DNA from: a virus | Lineage: Duplodnaviria; Heunggongvirae; Uroviricota; Caudoviricetes | IMG/VR virus record: IMGVR_UViG_2802429244_000008 | Span: 1 to 8,048 of that record | Strand: one strand, 5' to 3' | DNA: 8,048 nt | Part shown: positions 7,273 through 8,048 of the stretch, in pieces | How positions within the stretch are numbered: position 1 is the first letter of the stretch | Layout: the number at the start of each line of letters is the position of its first letter | Notes under the pieces: generated by a model | What the model was told of the DNA's origin: nothing | Seen by the model: only the letters and a program-made list of their open reading frames with translations | Database searches by the model: none | Translations under genes and position numbers: made by a program

Positions 7273-8048
7273 TCAGAATGTCAATTTGTTACTGGATTTA
7301 CCGAATTTGTCAGACATGGCTCCCAGGCCAGCCAGGACATCGACCTGTCGCTGTCGCCCACCTCCGTGAGCGGCTGGCTGTTGCCAGGTATCATCAAAAT
7401 GACGATCGGGGCCAAAGAACGTCGCTGCCTGCTTCACGAACTGTGTGCCGGTATTTCCTGTAGCACGTACCCAGGCGGCATACCGCTTCACGCCATCAAG
7501 CATGCTCTCCGGTTTTATTCCCTCCCTGATACGTGCTTTCCAGGCTTTGAAGGCTGCTGACTTGGAATTGCCACCAGCACGTTTGGGATATTCCTGCCAT
7601 GCCTGTTCAAATTCCGGTGAATATTCCAGTCGGGCAGAACGCGCTGGTGCAGACGCGTCAGCGGATGCGCCAATAGTTGATTCATTGACTGGTTCTTTGA
7701 CTGGTTCAAAAGAGTGACTGGTTCTGGGTGAATCTCCTGCACTACCCCCTGGTGCAACTCTTACACCACCTGGTGAATTTGCTGCACTAGGTAGTGAATT
7801 ATTTGCACTACCACCTGGTGAATCTTTTGCACCATCAAGACGAAGAAGATAAATATTGCTCGAGTTCCCTTTTTCACCTTTCCGGGAAACTTTTTTTACC
7901 AGTCCGGATTCACAAAGAGCCGTAATATGATTCATCACAGAACGTTTGCTAATCTCGCACTGATCAGCAATATGCTGATAGCTGGGCCAGCACTCGCCCT
8001 GATCGCTGGCATTATCAGCCAGCTTAATCAGAACCAGTTTTCGCAACG
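7273..8048 (-). CDS. Phage replication initiator / replisome organiser (lambda O-like), 5-prime partial
   Basis: N-terminal HTH region (ADNASDQGECWPSYQHIADQCEISKRSVMNHITALCESGLV), a low-complexity Pro/Gly/Ser linker that contains the DNA iterons, and a C-terminal domain. The reading frame runs to the window edge, so the true start is probably outside. Stop is TGA at 7273-7275. Confidence 0.75.
   Translation of the reverse strand, partial: LRKLVLIKLADNASDQGECWPSYQHIADQCEISKRSVMNHITALCESGLVKKVSRKGEKGNSSNIYLLRLDGAKDSPGGSANNSLPSAANSPGGVRVAPGGSAGDSPRTSHSFEPVKEPVNESTIGASADASAPARSARLEYSPEFEQAWQEYPKRAGGNSKSAAFKAWKARIREGIKPESMLDGVKRYAAWVRATGNTGTQFVKQAATFFGPDRHFDDTWQQPAAHGGGRQRQVDVLAGLGAMSDKFGKSSNKLTF
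7686..7823. repeat. Iteron-like direct repeats inside the O-like gene (candidate phage replication origin)
   Basis: Set A: TGACTGGTTC three times (7686, 7698, 7715). Set B: four copies of roughly TGCACTACCNCCTGGTGAAT at about 22-bp spacing (7738-7757, 7764-7778, 7783-7799, 7804-7823), with internal dyad CACC.GGTG. Confidence 0.5.

Larger units (their letters stand above)
3972..8048 (-). mobile_element. Lambdoid prophage segment (replication module, Q, cargo at the Q-late junction); probably extends beyond both window ends
   Basis: Collinear O-like, loader, helicase and Q genes on one strand with overlapping start/stop codons, followed by cargo genes (hok, restriction-modification, tRNAs) where lambdoid phages carry them. 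Confidence 0.7.

Overview
The window reads as the right-hand end of a lambdoid prophage, with every supported gene on the minus strand. From high to low coordinates: an O-like replication initiator (5-prime end runs off the window) with iteron-like repeats in its linker, a DnaC/IstB-like loader, a DnaB-family helicase, a small coupled ORF and a Q-type late antiterminator. Below Q, where lambdoid phages usually carry cargo genes, sit a hok/mok(/sok) type I toxin-antitoxin locus, a two-gene BcgI-like Type IIB restriction-modification module, an intrinsic terminator and tandem tRNA-Thr(UGU) and tRNA-Gly(UCC) genes. The main finding is a 9-copy heptanucleotide repeat (GCGACCA on the coding strand) inside the 5-prime coding end of the nuclease-methyltransferase gene, preceded by two ATGs in different frames. 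That is the architecture of a slipped-strand phase-variable gene, here controlling restriction and modification together. All family assignments come from motifs read by eye and recalled similarity; no database search or computation was run.
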